A stretch of DNA of 32,000 nucleotides from an archaeon. Its GTDB lineage: Archaea > Iainarchaeota > Iainarchaeia > Iainarchaeales > CSSED10-239. A program made the translations under genes and the position numbers. Below are positions 7,396-17,971 of the stretch, in pieces (within the stretch, counting starts at the first letter, position 1; every line of letters starts with the position of its first letter). Under the pieces are notes generated by a model, which searched no databases, had not been told where the DNA came from, and saw nothing but the letters and a program-made list of their open reading frames with translations. The stretch is from the NCBI GenBank assembly GCA_035400625.1, contig DAOMZT010000001.1:30001-62000 (forward strand), read 5' to 3'.

Positions 7396-9327
7396 TTAGT
7401 GGTTTTTTAGAAAGGCTACCAATTTCTTATCTATAAGCTCACTTGCCTCTTTTCCGTCAAGCAAGCCTTTTGTTTTTGCCATAAATCTGCCCATCAATAG
7501 ACCTTTGGCTCTCTCTTTTTGTGCTATTATCTTTTCTTTGTTTTCTTCAATAATCTCTGAAAGAATCTTTTCAATATCGATTTTTTCTAGATCTTTAAAG
7601 ATGCCTAGGTTTGCTATAACCTTATCAATGGGGTTATCTGAGTTGTTATATTCTAGATAAACCTCCATTAATTTTGATTTTGGGATCTTATTAAAATCTT
7701 TGTAAGAGAAAAACTCCAATAGCCCATCACTGGTTATATTTTCTAAATTTATTTTGCCGTCTCTTGAAAGATTAATCAAGTCCTCAAGAAGAAAGACAGC
7801 AACTTGTGTTGGATTAAGAGTTGGATTGTTTTTTAGGATCTTTTCAAAAGTAACTGCGAAGTTATCAAGAATCATTTTTTCTGCTAGCTGTTTACTGATT
7901 TTGAAGTTTTCTGTATAAAGCTTTCGTCTTTGTTCAACAGACAATGGCATTTCTTTTCTTGCAACATCAAGAATTTCTTTTGTAAAGATAATTGGTAATA
8001 GATCAGTCTCAGGATACATTCTTGAACCACCGGATGAAATTGGCCTTTGGTATTCTGTGTTGCCTTCGGTGTTGACAAGTCTTGTTTCTTCAGGCACACC
8101 TTTAGAGAAAAAATTTATTCTTTCTTCAAGAACTTCTTTAACTTGATCTATTTCTTGTTTATCACACATGACAAGAATGAAAGAATCTTTAGGTGTTAGT
8201 TTTAGTGCAGAATTTATGTTTTTTATGTCTTCAGAAGTTATGCCGTAATTTGGAAGCTCATCGGCATGGAAGAGACCCTTAAGAGTGGTCTTGGCTTTTA
8301 GAATGCTTGCAAGCTCTGTTCCTACTCTTCTGTTTGGCTGAACCTCTTTACCTAAAAGACCAGAAAAGCTAGGTAAGGCAAAACCAAAAATGTTTTTCTT
8401 CTGCTCAAGAGAAGATTTGATTGCCTTTGATTCTGTTTTTTTGAAAAGAGCAGTTAAATCAATTTCTGAGAGCTTTATTTCTTCTATCTTTCTTTTTTGT
8501 AGCTCTTCTTTTAGCTCTAGAAGATTTAATTGCCTAACTATTTCTCTATCTATGATCTCTGGGATCATCTCAAGGTCCTGACAACCCTTGATCTCTGTTC
8601 TAGAACCGTTAGCAATCGAGATGTTGATGTCTTGACGAATTGAACCAAGCCCTCTTTTTACTTTGCCTGTTGTTCTGAATAGCTGTCCAAGAAATAATGC
8701 GACTTTTTTAGTGTCTTCGGGCGTGTGCATATCGTGCCAAACAACCATCTCTATCAAAGGGATACCTAGGCGATCTAGAGAATAAATAACTTCTGTGTCT
8801 TTTCTTTCTATTGCTCTTGCGGCATCTTCCTCTAAAAGAATCTTATCGATTCGAACTTTTCCAAAATCAAAATCTAGATAGCCATCTGTTGAAATCATTG
8901 CTGTTCTTTGAAAGCCAGAGACATTAGAACCGTCAATTACTTGCTTTCTCATGATTATTGACTTGTCTACAAGTTTTGAGTTTGTAAGATTTGAAATAAT
9001 TACTGCAATCTTTAATGCTTCAGGGTTTGTTCTTATTGGTGGCTGACAATCAGCCTCAACCAAACAATTACAAGCATTATAAAAATGATAAACATAGGTC
9101 TTTGCTTTCTTTTGCTCTTCAAGAGCAGTTACATCAAACTCCCCTGTCTCTGAATAAACAGCACGAAGTTTTCTTTTTATTATTCTGTCTGGTTTTGTAT
9201 CTTCCTTTATCAATAGAGATTTACAATTACAGAAAAGCTTGCCAGTATCAAGTTGTTGATGAATCTCAAGACCACAAGCTAAACCTAATTTCTCATAATC
9301 GCAATTTTTAAGTTCTTCTAATTTCAT
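7396..9327 (-). CDS. gatE: Glutamyl-tRNA(Gln) amidotransferase subunit E
   Basis: The N-terminus YEKLGLACGLEIHQQL and the overall 643-aa GatB-like core with insertion and tail are typical of archaeal GatE. It sits 2 nt downstream of gatD. Confidence 0.93.
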   Translation of the reverse strand: MKLEELKNCDYEKLGLACGLEIHQQLDTGKLFCNCKSLLIKEDTKPDRIIKRKLRAVYSETGEFDVTALEEQKKAKTYVYHFYNACNCLVEADCQPPIRTNPEALKIAVIISNLTNSKLVDKSIIMRKQVIDGSNVSGFQRTAMISTDGYLDFDFGKVRIDKILLEEDAARAIERKDTEVIYSLDRLGIPLIEMVVWHDMHTPEDTKKVALFLGQLFRTTGKVKRGLGSIRQDINISIANGSRTEIKGCQDLEMIPEIIDREIVRQLNLLELKEELQKRKIEEIKLSEIDLTALFKKTESKAIKSSLEQKKNIFGFALPSFSGLLGKEVQPNRRVGTELASILKAKTTLKGLFHADELPNYGITSEDIKNINSALKLTPKDSFILVMCDKQEIDQVKEVLEERINFFSKGVPEETRLVNTEGNTEYQRPISSGGSRMYPETDLLPIIFTKEILDVARKEMPLSVEQRRKLYTENFKISKQLAEKMILDNFAVTFEKILKNNPTLNPTQVAVFLLEDLINLSRDGKINLENITSDGLLEFFSYKDFNKIPKSKLMEVYLEYNNSDNPIDKVIANLGIFKDLEKIDIEKILSEIIEENKEKIIAQKERAKGLLMGRFMAKTKGLLDGKEASELIDKKLVAFLKNH

Positions 9328-9329
9328 AA

Positions 9330-10664
9330 TTACTCAAATCCATCAAAATCAGCAGGAACTTCTTTTTTTGTAATTTCTCCTGAGATGTCTTTTGACATAT
9401 ATTTTATTATGTCTTCTTTTGTCTTAAATCTTGCTAATGCTACACCTAGCTTAATGCAAGCAACCTCTGGTAACATATCATGATGATCAAGATAATTAAC
9501 CCCAGCCTTTGTTAAGTTTCTAAGATTAGAATAAACATTTCCATTTACTCTGCCAAATAAGCACTGGGTTGTCATAATAATAATTATGCCTTTCTTTGAG
9601 GCCTTCTCTAAATATGGTAGACAATCTTTTGTTTTATCTGTTAATTTGTTTGTGGAGTCGTCTGTTGGGACAAGACCTAGGCCAGTGCCTTCTAAAATTA
9701 GGCCTTTGTAACCTTTAGAGATATACCAATCAATAACTTCTGGATTAAAGTTTGGATATATCTTTAATAATGCAACAGTGTCGCTAAAAGAAATGTCAAG
9801 ATGTGGCTTTTCTTTTTGAATTTCCCAAAAGAGCTTCTTGTCTTTTAGGTATTCTATTTTGCCATTCTGATAAACCTTAGCAAGAGCAGTATCATTAACT
9901 GCCCTAAAAGCATCCCTTCTTGAAGTGTGCATCTTTCTGCATTTTGTAGCCCTTATGATATGGCAAAAATCATCACTTATTGAGCCATGCATAGAAGTGT
10001 AGACGCCAGGTATTTTTTCTTTAATAAAATGAGCAGCACAAACTAGATTCATAGCGCCATCAAAACTTGCCCTGTCAGGAGACCTCTGAGCACCAACCAT
10101 CAAAACTGGCTTGTTAAAATTTGAAAGCATAAAGGAAAGAGCAGTTCCTGTTATTGTTAAGGTGTCTGTTCCATGAGAAATTATCACGCCATCAATCTCA
10201 TCATCAATTAATTGCTCATAGACTGCTTTTGCTATCGCTTGCCAATCTTTGTAGCACAGATCCTCACTTGCTTTTTGAATAACCGGCACTATCTTTTTAA
10301 TATTAACAATCTCTAAAAGCTCAGGAACTGTTGATAATATCTCCTCAGGGGTTCTTGACATGTTTACACCGCCTGACTTATAATCAACATGTGTTCCGAT
10401 TGTTCCACCGGTTGCAACTAGACAAATAGAAGGAAGAGCAGGGTTTTGCTTAATCTCAAGCTTATAAGTTTTGCCAATTTCTTTTTTTTCTGAAAGCAAC
10501 TCATACTTTGTGTCTTTATCAAGAATTACAGAAATGTTATAGCCATTATCTTTTAGTTTTATTGTTAGTTCATTTCCTGAGATATTAACAATGTGACCAA
10601 GATAAGTAATGTTCTTTTTTATAATCTTAATAAGCTTGCCTCTGTCCTTCTCTGAGATGTCCAT
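9330..10664 (-). CDS. gatD: Glutamyl-tRNA(Gln) amidotransferase subunit D (asparaginase-like)
   Basis: An N-terminal domain of about 85 aa is followed by the asparaginase motifs VATGGTIG and HGTDTL. The gatD-gatE pairing supports the call. Confidence 0.93.
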   Translation of the reverse strand: MDISEKDRGKLIKIIKKNITYLGHIVNISGNELTIKLKDNGYNISVILDKDTKYELLSEKKEIGKTYKLEIKQNPALPSICLVATGGTIGTHVDYKSGGVNMSRTPEEILSTVPELLEIVNIKKIVPVIQKASEDLCYKDWQAIAKAVYEQLIDDEIDGVIISHGTDTLTITGTALSFMLSNFNKPVLMVGAQRSPDRASFDGAMNLVCAAHFIKEKIPGVYTSMHGSISDDFCHIIRATKCRKMHTSRRDAFRAVNDTALAKVYQNGKIEYLKDKKLFWEIQKEKPHLDISFSDTVALLKIYPNFNPEVIDWYISKGYKGLILEGTGLGLVPTDDSTNKLTDKTKDCLPYLEKASKKGIIIIMTTQCLFGRVNGNVYSNLRNLTKAGVNYLDHHDMLPEVACIKLGVALARFKTKEDIIKYMSKDISGEITKKEVPADFDGFE

Positions 10665-10725
10665 AATTAAAAACTCCTGCTTTGCCTAAAATATATATAA
10701 GAAAAAGAATATATAAAGCTAATGC

Positions 10726-11142
10726 CTAGTGGCCATATCTCTTAAACAAAAACTTATGGCAGAAATATCTTGTAAGAAACATTAAAAACCCAGATAATAT
10801 ATTTGCAAGTATATAGTTCATATGACAATTTTCAACAAACACAAACAATAACCAGAGATTAGCTAATATTGTAATAATGGAAATACTAAAATAAATAAAG
10901 GTAAAAACAGAATTAACTTTTTTTTGCTTGTGTGTTCTTTCTTTAACTATGTATTTCTTGTTTAAAAGATAATTTACATAAAGACCAGAAAGTATGCCTA
11001 TAACTGCTGATAACAAATAATGTAATTTTAATACCTCAGTAAATAAAACTAAAATGCCTAGATGTACAAAAGTCCCTACAAATCCTAGAGTTGCATACTT
11101 AAGAAATATCTTTTTATTATATATTAAAGAATTACTTATCAA
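10726..11142 (-). CDS. GtrA-family membrane protein (glycan translocation-associated)
   Basis: 138 aa with 4 TM spans. KYATLGFVGTFVHLGILVLFTEVL matches the GtrA N-terminal pattern. The only in-frame start before that motif is TTG at 11142, so the start is uncertain. Confidence 0.7.
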   Translation of the reverse strand: MISNSLIYNKKIFLKYATLGFVGTFVHLGILVLFTEVLKLHYLLSAVIGILSGLYVNYLLNKKYIVKERTHKQKKVNSVFTFIYFSISIITILANLWLLFVFVENCHMNYILANILSGFLMFLTRYFCHKFLFKRYGH

Positions 11143-11303
11143 CTCATAATAAACCGCATGTAAAAAGCCTGGTTTTTTTTAGTAAGAAGTGTTTCTCTAA
11201 AAGATATCTTTTTTCGTCTAAACATTTTATCGCATTTTATTGTAATTTGTTTATATTATTTAGCAAAATAAAGAATATAAATGCTTTCTATTATCTTATT
11301 TAT

Positions 11304-12692
11304 ATGGACAAAACAAATTTTGAAGACACATTAGATAAAATTACAAGATATTTAAAAACCAAAAACCTTGATTATTTTGATATTAGACTAGAGAATACAA
11401 AAAGTAATAGGATCTCGTTAGAAAATAAGATTGTTAAGGAAATAAATATTAATGATATTACTGGTATTGGAATTAGGATTATTAATAAAGGACATCTTGG
11501 CTTTTGTTCAAGCAACAACATTAACAACTACAAGCAAATAATTGATGACTGTATCAAGGCAAGCAGAAAGACCTCAAAAAAAATCAAATTTGAAAATTGG
11601 GAAAGCAATAACAAGACTGTTAAAGACAAATATAAGGACTTTGAAGAAATGGATTTAGAAAAGAAAGTAAAAGAGCTTAAAAAAATTAATGAAGAGACAT
11701 TAAAAACAAAAACCAACTATAAAATACTGCAATCAAATATAAATTATATTGAAAAAACAAGACAAAAATATTTTGTGAGCCCAGATTCTTTTATTTTTCA
11801 AAAAGATCCTCACTTGATTTTTTATAGTTCTATTACCGGAAAGATTGGAAAGACTATTGAGAATTATATGGAGAGGGCAGGAGAATGTGGAGGACTTGAA
11901 AAACTTGATTTTAGAAAACTTAAAAAGCTTACAAATAAAAATATTAAAAATGTTTCTGAGATGTTAAAGGCTAAACCATGCCCTGCAACAAAAACAGATA
12001 TAATATTAACACCAAACTTGGTAGATCTTTTGGCACATGAGGCAATTGGGCACGCTTCTGAAGCAGACGCTGTTGTTAACCATTCTTCTGTTCTACAACT
12101 AGGACAAGTGCTAACTGAGAATAAAGAAATAACAATTGTTGATGATCCTACACTTAAAGAATTTGGATATTTTGCTTATGATGATGAGGGCACAAAAGCT
12201 AGAGCAAAAACAATTGTTAAGAAAGGAGTGGTTAATGATTATCTTCTTGATATTGAATCAGCAACCACTCTAAAAATGAAACCAAACGGTAATGCCAGAG
12301 CTGATGGATTTTCACATAAGCCAATTGTTAGAATGAGTAATACTTATTTTAAAGAAGGAAAAGACAAGCTTGATATGGTGCTAAAAGACTTTTCAGGTTA
12401 TCTTCTTGATGGCTTTGCTGGAGGACAGGTTGATCCTAGTGTTGGAACATTTATGTTTGGTATCAAGAAGGCCTATAAGTATAATAAGGGAAAAGTTATT
12501 GGAACATTTAAGCAAGCCTCAATTTCTGGAAACATCTTAGATTATTTGAAAAATGTAACGGCAGTGACAAACAAGATTGGAGAGTTTGGTTTTGGGTTTT
12601 GTGGTAAAGAGGGACAAACTGCTTTTGTCTCAGGTTCTGGTCCGCATCTAAAGATTGATAATGCAGTATTAGGAGGAACCAAACATGAATAA
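11304..12692 (+). CDS. tldD: TldD-family metallopeptidase
   Basis: LAHEAIGHASEAD (HExxxH) and the C-terminal GGQV...G.F glycine-rich region. The track ORF starts at TTG 11247, but the ATG at 11304 (MDKTNFEDT) is more plausible. Confidence 0.85.
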   Translation: MDKTNFEDTLDKITRYLKTKNLDYFDIRLENTKSNRISLENKIVKEININDITGIGIRIINKGHLGFCSSNNINNYKQIIDDCIKASRKTSKKIKFENWESNNKTVKDKYKDFEEMDLEKKVKELKKINEETLKTKTNYKILQSNINYIEKTRQKYFVSPDSFIFQKDPHLIFYSSITGKIGKTIENYMERAGECGGLEKLDFRKLKKLTNKNIKNVSEMLKAKPCPATKTDIILTPNLVDLLAHEAIGHASEADAVVNHSSVLQLGQVLTENKEITIVDDPTLKEFGYFAYDDEGTKARAKTIVKKGVVNDYLLDIESATTLKMKPNGNARADGFSHKPIVRMSNTYFKEGKDKLDMVLKDFSGYLLDGFAGGQVDPSVGTFMFGIKKAYKYNKGKVIGTFKQASISGNILDYLKNVTAVTNKIGEFGFGFCGKEGQTAFVSGSGPHLKIDNAVLGGTKHE

Positions 12693-13983
12693 AAACAAAA
12701 TATTTGATGTTTGTGAAAGAATTGCAAAAAAAGAAAAAGTAGAATTTAGTTATAGTAATGTTTATTCTTCATCTGCAAAGATAGAAAGCTTTGATGTCTC
12801 AAAAATCAATAATCAAGAAGCATCTGGGCTTCTAGTAAGAGCAATTGTTGATGGTTATTCAGGATATACAACAATAACAGAAATAACTGAAAAAAACATA
12901 AAAGAAGCAATTGAGAAAGCAAAAAAAATAGCTAAGTTAAAGAAAGGAATAAAGATTAAAGATTTTGGCGGAGACAAGAACAAGAAAACATACAAAGTAG
13001 ACAAAGAAATCTTAGAGCTGGATATTGTTGATAAAATTCCAGAAATAAAGAAGAACCTGACAAAAGATAAGCACATTAAATCCTATGAGGGCGGTTTTAG
13101 AGTATCAAAGAACTATACATTTTATATTAACCCACATACATCTAAAGAAAGTAACCAAGGAGGAGCAAATATAGGCTTGCAGATAAACACAAAAGATAAA
13201 AGCCCATCAAACGGGGGAGATTCACAAACATTTACAAAAGCAAAAGATGTGGATTTTGTTTCTGTAATTGACAAAGCAAAAGACAAAGCCAAGTTTTTGT
13301 TAAACCCTGTACAAGGAAAGAAAGGAAACTATAATCTTATTTTCAGCCAAGAGGCAACCGCACAAATAATTCTTAGCTTTATTGTGCAACCAACAATTGG
13401 GGAACTAATATATAAGAAACAAAGTTATCTTTTTGATTCTCTGGGCAAAGTTATTTTTTCTAAAAATCTAACAATTACTGAAAAGCCACAGCTTGATTAT
13501 TTTGTGGGCTCGGAAGAGATTGATGATGAGGGGTTTAAGACAACAGAAAAGAAAATAATTGATAGAGGTAAATATGCAACAACTATCTATGATCAAGAAT
13601 ACTCTGTGATTTCAGGAAAGAAAGAAACAGGAAATGGTTTTAGGACAGGTGTTTATTCTCCAGTCACTTGTGGTTTTACAAACCTTGTTGTAGCTCCAGG
13701 CAAGCAAAAAGAAAAAGACATCATCTCAAACACAAAAAACGGGATCTATGTTCAAGATGTCATGGGCATACACACAAGCAACATGGCTAATGGAGAATTC
13801 TCTCTTACCATCAATTCTGGAAAAGAGATAGTTGATGGCAAATATAAAGATACCATAACAAACCTCAACTTTACAGGTAATTGTAAAGATGCATTTAGGG
13901 ATATGGAATTAACAAAAGAACAGAAGTTTTTCGGCTCAGCTCTTATACCCGCTATGGTTTTAAAGAAGAGAAGATTGATTTAG
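12685..13983 (+). CDS. pmbA: PmbA/TldE-family protein, metal-site-less partner of TldD
   Basis: Same fold pattern (..GLLVRAIVDGYSGYT.., ..GIYVQDVMGIHTSNMANGEFSL..) without HExxxH. It overlaps tldD by 8 bp. Confidence 0.8.
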   Translation: MNKNKIFDVCERIAKKEKVEFSYSNVYSSSAKIESFDVSKINNQEASGLLVRAIVDGYSGYTTITEITEKNIKEAIEKAKKIAKLKKGIKIKDFGGDKNKKTYKVDKEILELDIVDKIPEIKKNLTKDKHIKSYEGGFRVSKNYTFYINPHTSKESNQGGANIGLQINTKDKSPSNGGDSQTFTKAKDVDFVSVIDKAKDKAKFLLNPVQGKKGNYNLIFSQEATAQIILSFIVQPTIGELIYKKQSYLFDSLGKVIFSKNLTITEKPQLDYFVGSEEIDDEGFKTTEKKIIDRGKYATTIYDQEYSVISGKKETGNGFRTGVYSPVTCGFTNLVVAPGKQKEKDIISNTKNGIYVQDVMGIHTSNMANGEFSLTINSGKEIVDGKYKDTITNLNFTGNCKDAFRDMELTKEQKFFGSALIPAMVLKKRRLI

Positions 13984-14002
13984 ATTATTAATCAATAACA
14001 TT

Positions 14003-14644
14003 TCATTTTGTTTTTTCTAAAACAAAAAATAAATGATATTTATTAAATCTTGGTCTAAATTGTTTTTTAATCAAGAAATGTTTTTTAATTATTTTTATTA
14101 TTTTGCTTTTAGAAAAACCAATTTTATTTACTTCCCAATAATGGCAATCCGAATCAGAAACTACACCTTTATTTTTAATAGGTATTGGCAAATCTATATA
14201 AAAATAAATTTGGTGTATTTTTGGAAGCCACATGTGAAACTCCACACCTATTTTTCTTATAGGAATTGATATAATTACAAATTTTTTAGACACCATTTTC
14301 AATTCAATTAATGATTTTTCGAAATCAGAAAATGGAATATGTTCTAAAACTTCAAATGCAACAACAGTATCAAATGAATTATCAGGAAAAGGCAATTTTC
14401 TTATATCTCCAATTATATCTGGTTTTAAATTTTCATTAATGTCTAGGGAAGTTACCTTTATACCTAATTCTTTTAATTGATTATAAACCAATTTATTTCC
14501 AACACCTATTTCTAGAACTGATTTTGGATTTGTATTATATATTTCATTTAATTGATTTAAATAAGATACGAAATCGGTATAATTATTACAACTTTTCCAA
14601 TAATATTCATATTTTATACTTTTTTCATATTTTTTAGTACCCAT
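14003..14644 (-). CDS. Class I SAM-dependent methyltransferase (Methyltransf_11-like)
   Basis: Motif I VLEIGVGNK, post-I acidic residue SLDIN, and motif II/III FDTVVAFEVLEHI. Confidence 0.8.
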   Translation of the reverse strand: MGTKKYEKSIKYEYYWKSCNNYTDFVSYLNQLNEIYNTNPKSVLEIGVGNKLVYNQLKELGIKVTSLDINENLKPDIIGDIRKLPFPDNSFDTVVAFEVLEHIPFSDFEKSLIELKMVSKKFVIISIPIRKIGVEFHMWLPKIHQIYFYIDLPIPIKNKGVVSDSDCHYWEVNKIGFSKSKIIKIIKKHFLIKKQFRPRFNKYHLFFVLEKTK

Positions 14645-14653
14645 TATTAATCA

Positions 14654-15778
14654 CTACAAAAATTTTTCTGCAATTTTTCTCCAAGACAATTCTTTTTCGA
14701 CATAAATTCTACTGTTTTTTCCCATTTTTTTTCGTAATTTTGCATTTTTAACCAAAAATTGTATTTTTTTAGATATTTCTTTTACTCTTGCATTAATGGC
14801 AAACCCGTTATTATATTTTATAATCTCGGAATCCGCAACATTACAAATTATTGGTAGAGAACAAGACATTGCTTCAAATAAACTTATAGTTGATTCACAA
14901 GGATAAATTGCAATATCCGCTGCCGAAAAATATTTGTACATTTCATTATTTTTGACTGCTCCAATAAATATTACTTTTTGTTTTCGTGATAATTTTTCTA
15001 GTTTTTGCCTATAAACTGGATCGCCATCACCTAAAATAATTAATACAACGTTATCTATTCTTGATTTACTTATTGCTTTAAGAATTAAATGCACACCTTT
15101 ATTTTCAGTGATTTTTCCTGTATATATTAAAACAACTTCTTTTGGAGAAATACTATATTTTTGTCTTATTTTTCTCCTTAATAATTTATTAAATTTAAAT
15201 AGATTTGAATCAACACCTAAAGCACCAACAATTACAGGTTTTTTAAATTTATAATATAAATTTACGTGCTTTAATCCATCTTGTGATTTTATAATTAATT
15301 TATCTGCCATTCTTTCTATCAATTTAAAATTAAAAAAATAGTAATAAATTGATTTTATTGCACTTATTTTTTTAAATGGAGTATATGGGTGATCATCATA
15401 AATTAATTTAAAACTAAATTTTTTCTTTAATTTTGCAACTCTATATGCATTAAAGGTATCCATGCCATGACAAATCAAAAGATCAGGACTTATTTTACTT
15501 ATTTCTTTTTCTAAACCAATTAACCAATTTTTTGTACCAAATTCTAATTTGGATTTTAACCTTATAATTTTAAAACCATCAATATTTGTTATGCCAACCC
15601 CAATTTTTCTATCACCTAATATTTTTTCAGCCGTATTTTCATAATTTGGAAAAGGATAATATCTATCAGAAGTAATAACAGTCACTTCATGTCCCATTTT
15701 TGCATGTTCTTTTGCTAGATAATATTCTTGATATCCCAATTGAGGTTGTATATAATCACACACATGAACTATTTTCAT
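14654..15778 (-). CDS. Glycosyltransferase, GT4 family (GT-B fold)
   Basis: N-terminus MKIVHVCDY...GYQEYYLAKEHAKMGHEVTVIT. The C-terminal half has GKITENKG...LGDG... and the EX7E-like region ESTISLFEAMSCSLPII. Confidence 0.8.
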   Translation of the reverse strand: MKIVHVCDYIQPQLGYQEYYLAKEHAKMGHEVTVITSDRYYPFPNYENTAEKILGDRKIGVGITNIDGFKIIRLKSKLEFGTKNWLIGLEKEISKISPDLLICHGMDTFNAYRVAKLKKKFSFKLIYDDHPYTPFKKISAIKSIYYYFFNFKLIERMADKLIIKSQDGLKHVNLYYKFKKPVIVGALGVDSNLFKFNKLLRRKIRQKYSISPKEVVLIYTGKITENKGVHLILKAISKSRIDNVVLIILGDGDPVYRQKLEKLSRKQKVIFIGAVKNNEMYKYFSAADIAIYPCESTISLFEAMSCSLPIICNVADSEIIKYNNGFAINARVKEISKKIQFLVKNAKLRKKMGKNSRIYVEKELSWRKIAEKFL

Positions 15779-15970
15779 AATTTATCTTATTTTTCAAAAT
15801 TTATTTTTATTGTATCAAATAATTATTTATTACACAAATTAATATAATTATATGGCAAATATAATTAGATTTTAATTTCGTGAGCATTTTATTTTTTTAT
15901 TTAAAATCTTTCCACAATAACACACCCTTTAGATTAAAATATTCAAGTATATATCAAAATTGCTCGATTT

Positions 15971-16819
15971 TTATTTCTTACCTATATCCTGTTTATATGA
16001 AAAACCTATACCACCACCCGCTCTCCAATGCTTTTTAGGTATTTCTGAAAAATATAAAAATTGCCTTCCAAAATTTAGAGAAAATGTAAATAAATCTGTT
16101 GACCAGTGAGAGCTATTGCCTAAAATAATGGCATTTTTTGTTAATTTATCTTTTATAGCAATATATTCTTTATATTCATAGCCTTCTAAATGATCACTAT
16201 CGTTAATAAAAAGATCTATTTTTTTATTAAATTTTTTTAAAGATTTTATTGAGTCACCATATAATATTTTGCTATATTTAGAATATTCACCTGCAATTAA
16301 ATATCCTGCTTTTGGATTTATGTCCGTTCCATAGTGATAACCAACAAAACCTTCTTCTTTATTTTTCATAAGTGCCGCTATTAAAATACAAGAACCTAAT
16401 CCTTTATCAACACCAGTTTCTACAATAATTTTTGGTTTTATTGCTCTTACAATTGCATACCACCCGATTTTTCTAGCAAAATATACTTTTTCATCACATC
16501 TATATCTCTCACTATTTTTTTGAGTTGTTATTTTAATATGCAGTTTTAATTTATCATCGTTTTCTATCTCTGAAAAATATTTTAAAATTAAATCATATGG
16601 TTTTTGTGTAACATACGAAATTGTCTGCGCCAAATATTTTTTATTAATTTCTGTTAGATCATAAGAACTAAAGTTTGTTGTTTCTTTTGATTTAAATAAC
16701 CAAATAAATGAGAAATATATTTTTTTACTAATTTCTGAAACAATTAAATAAAATCTATAACCAAAAGCACATATACTTCTTACAATTGGAATTTTTGATA
16801 TTGTTTTCTTTAAATTCAT
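15971..16819 (-). CDS. Putative class I methyltransferase-fold protein (Methyltransf_24 / CmcI-like)
   Basis: PKIIVETGVDKGLGSCILIAA (glycine-rich motif I) and DLFINDSDH. An N-terminal hydrophobic segment is present. Confidence 0.5.
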   Translation of the reverse strand: MNLKKTISKIPIVRSICAFGYRFYLIVSEISKKIYFSFIWLFKSKETTNFSSYDLTEINKKYLAQTISYVTQKPYDLILKYFSEIENDDKLKLHIKITTQKNSERYRCDEKVYFARKIGWYAIVRAIKPKIIVETGVDKGLGSCILIAALMKNKEEGFVGYHYGTDINPKAGYLIAGEYSKYSKILYGDSIKSLKKFNKKIDLFINDSDHLEGYEYKEYIAIKDKLTKNAIILGNSSHWSTDLFTFSLNFGRQFLYFSEIPKKHWRAGGGIGFSYKQDIGKK

Positions 16820-16855
16820 AAATCTCCCTTCAGTGTATATATTTTATAAAATAGA

Positions 16856-17971
16856 TTACTTTTTTAATTCATTGTTTACTATACCCTTAAATTTTTTTGC
16901 AGAAATTTCTGATAAATAATTATCAAGAAAATGTTTCCTTATCTTTGTAGCATGTTTTAAATTAATAATTTCTTTTTTATGCTCATTCAAAAACTTATAA
17001 ATATCCACATATTTTTTGTCTTCTGCTACAAAACCTAAAAAATCAGTAGATGCTATGTTTTTTATTGCCCCTACATTGTAAGTTAAAACCGGTATTCCAT
17101 ACATAAACGACTCTAAAATAACTAAAGGGAAACAATCATTATGGGTAGGATATATGAAGCAATTTGCTTTTTCAAAATACTTACTTTTAGCTAATCCGTG
17201 TTTGGCACCTCGCAAAATACATTCTTTTTCTAAATTTAATTCTTTTTGAACTTTTTTAAATTTATCTTCAAAATCTTTTGAACTAAACCCTCCTACAAAA
17301 TCACAAGTAAAATCAACATTATTATCTTTTAACATTTTACAAATATACAATACATCTATTGGTCCTTTAAATTCAAGCATATTGGATAAAAACAACAAAT
17401 TTAATTTATCTTTACATCTATTCTTTAATATTGTATTAAATTTAAACTTAATCTTATCAGGAATTCCATTTGGTAAAAAATACATTTGGTCTACAAGAAT
17501 TACTTTAGAATATTCTGAAATCAATGCAGGAGACAAAATGATAGTTTTTATATTTTTAAAAACAAATTTAAAATAGTGATATTTATATTTTTTATTTATA
17601 TAATTTGATAACCCTTTAGCATGAAATTGAACTAATATTTTGACTCTAAATAATTTTACTAGCAATATATAAAAGCTATCTCTTAATAATGCCAACCCTG
17701 ATGGGGCAACTTCCATATATATTAAATCAGGTTTATGAAAAATTAAATGAAATAATAATTTAAAATAATTTTTAAAAAAAACAAATATAGTAAAAAAATT
17801 AAATCGCCCCATTTGGGATATTGAGTTATAACTATTCAATTTAATCACACTTGTTTTATATTTTTTGTCATTCTTTATTAAATTATAGTAAAACTCATTA
17901 ATTTTTACAGCACCTGTTTTAGGTGGGACCCTCCTAATTAAAAATAATATTTTTTTAACCATATTTATCAA
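16856..17971 (-). CDS. Glycosyltransferase, GT4/GT1-type (GT-B fold)
   Basis: C-terminal pattern LLFLSNMLEFKGPIDVL...FIYPTHNDCFPLVILESFMYGIPVL (E-x7-E-like). It overlaps the upstream gene by 4 bp. Confidence 0.75.
   Translation of the reverse strand: MINMVKKILFLIRRVPPKTGAVKINEFYYNLIKNDKKYKTSVIKLNSYNSISQMGRFNFFTIFVFFKNYFKLLFHLIFHKPDLIYMEVAPSGLALLRDSFYILLVKLFRVKILVQFHAKGLSNYINKKYKYHYFKFVFKNIKTIILSPALISEYSKVILVDQMYFLPNGIPDKIKFKFNTILKNRCKDKLNLLFLSNMLEFKGPIDVLYICKMLKDNNVDFTCDFVGGFSSKDFEDKFKKVQKELNLEKECILRGAKHGLAKSKYFEKANCFIYPTHNDCFPLVILESFMYGIPVLTYNVGAIKNIASTDFLGFVAEDKKYVDIYKFLNEHKKEIINLKHATKIRKHFLDNYLSEISAKKFKGIVNNELKK

Noticed and set aside
11143-11303. Possible small precursor-peptide gene upstream of tldD/pmbA, and the AAAAAGCCTGGTTTTTTTT element.
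   Set aside because: No ORF with a start codon and sensible length was found. The A-run/T-run element is only a weak imperfect hairpin, adequately explained as a terminator or spacer between divergent genes.
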